A DNA stretch of 53,681 nucleotides, from contig MQRK01241525.1 in the NCBI GenBank assembly GCA_001938485.1, positions 1-53,681 on the forward strand. Direction: 5' to 3'. Position numbers and translations under genes: made by a program. Positions 52,990 through 53,681 of this stretch are shown in pieces. How positions within the stretch are numbered: position 1 is the first letter of the stretch; each line of letters opens with the position of its first letter. Under the pieces are notes generated by a model. That model saw only the letters and a list, made by a program, of their open reading frames with translations. It was not told where the DNA came from and ran no database searches. Source of the stretch: Girardia tigrina. Taxonomy: Eukaryota.

Positions 52990-53638
52990 TAAATCATTTT
53001 AAAAAAGATTTATTTATTTTATTATGTAACAAAAATGCGAGTTGATATTGATCTAATGATGAAAGTAAAAAATATTTTACAATATGTTTATTAATAATCA
53101 TATATTAAAAGAAGTGTTAATATTAATATATCCCAGAATTTTATCCAATTTTCGTCTGATGTATCGTTTCGAATTCTTTTTTTAATGTCTATGGCCACAT
53201 GACGTCTTCTAAGTAATCAGAGATCAACGTATTTTGACGGATCAAAAAGTCTGATAGAATAAAAAAGATCTGACAAATTTGATGAATAAAAGTGCTGATA
53301 TTGTCTTAGTCTTTAACGAAACTCTTATCAAGGTGGCAATTAGATTCATTTGCGAAAACTCGCGTTCGCATTCATTGGAAGATATTGGAATGGTATTCAG
53401 GGTAGTTACCAAATGCAATAGTGTTTCTAGATATGGCTTTTTGAGGATGTATTCACGAAATAAATGAATCATTTCTCTTTCATTGAGTTGCAGTTGGAGT
53501 TACAAGTTTCGAATTTCTTCTCCGAATGTAATTTGGGTATCAACATTTTTAAAACTAAACATCAAATTAAAAAAAAATGAAAATTTATTGAAGAGGTAGT
53601 GAAGCGCGGTTCCACTGCATTCCATGACAAAAAGGCAC

Positions 53639-53640
<2 letters not shown>
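52990..53640 (-). mobile_element. hAT deletion derivative
   Basis: TIPISSNECEREFSQMNLI..RVSL..ISALLFIK (hAT dimerisation domain). Terminus CAGTGCCTTTTTGTCATGGAA at 53640. The other end is uncertain. Confidence 0.85.

Positions 53641-53681
<41 letters not shown>

Overview
This is very AT-rich eukaryotic genomic DNA from a draft assembly with 4 N-gaps. There are no prokaryotic operons, CRISPR arrays, rRNA or tRNA genes. The only host gene I can support is one 640-bp internal exon of an innexin (gap-junction protein) at 43304-43943 (+). Its flatworm-like sequence and the transposon set suggest a planarian-type host (inference). I found no other innexin exon, so most of the window may be intronic. 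The rest is a transposon graveyard: mariners of several subfamilies (a near-intact Mos1-like copy plus a second partial copy), Tc1, DD41D/rosa-like, pogo/Tigger, MULE, Merlin, hAT (including a Buster-type MITE), an RTE LINE, Penelope-like and Gypsy remnants, often nested. I cannot support a complete new biological system. The best leads are CpG-rich orphan ORFs, a GC-rich structured island with a partial HDV-ribozyme-like layout, decayed hammerhead-like motifs, a MULE-type MITE carrying telomere-like repeats, and repeats flanking the innexin exon. All family assignments come from motif recognition by eye, not database searches.
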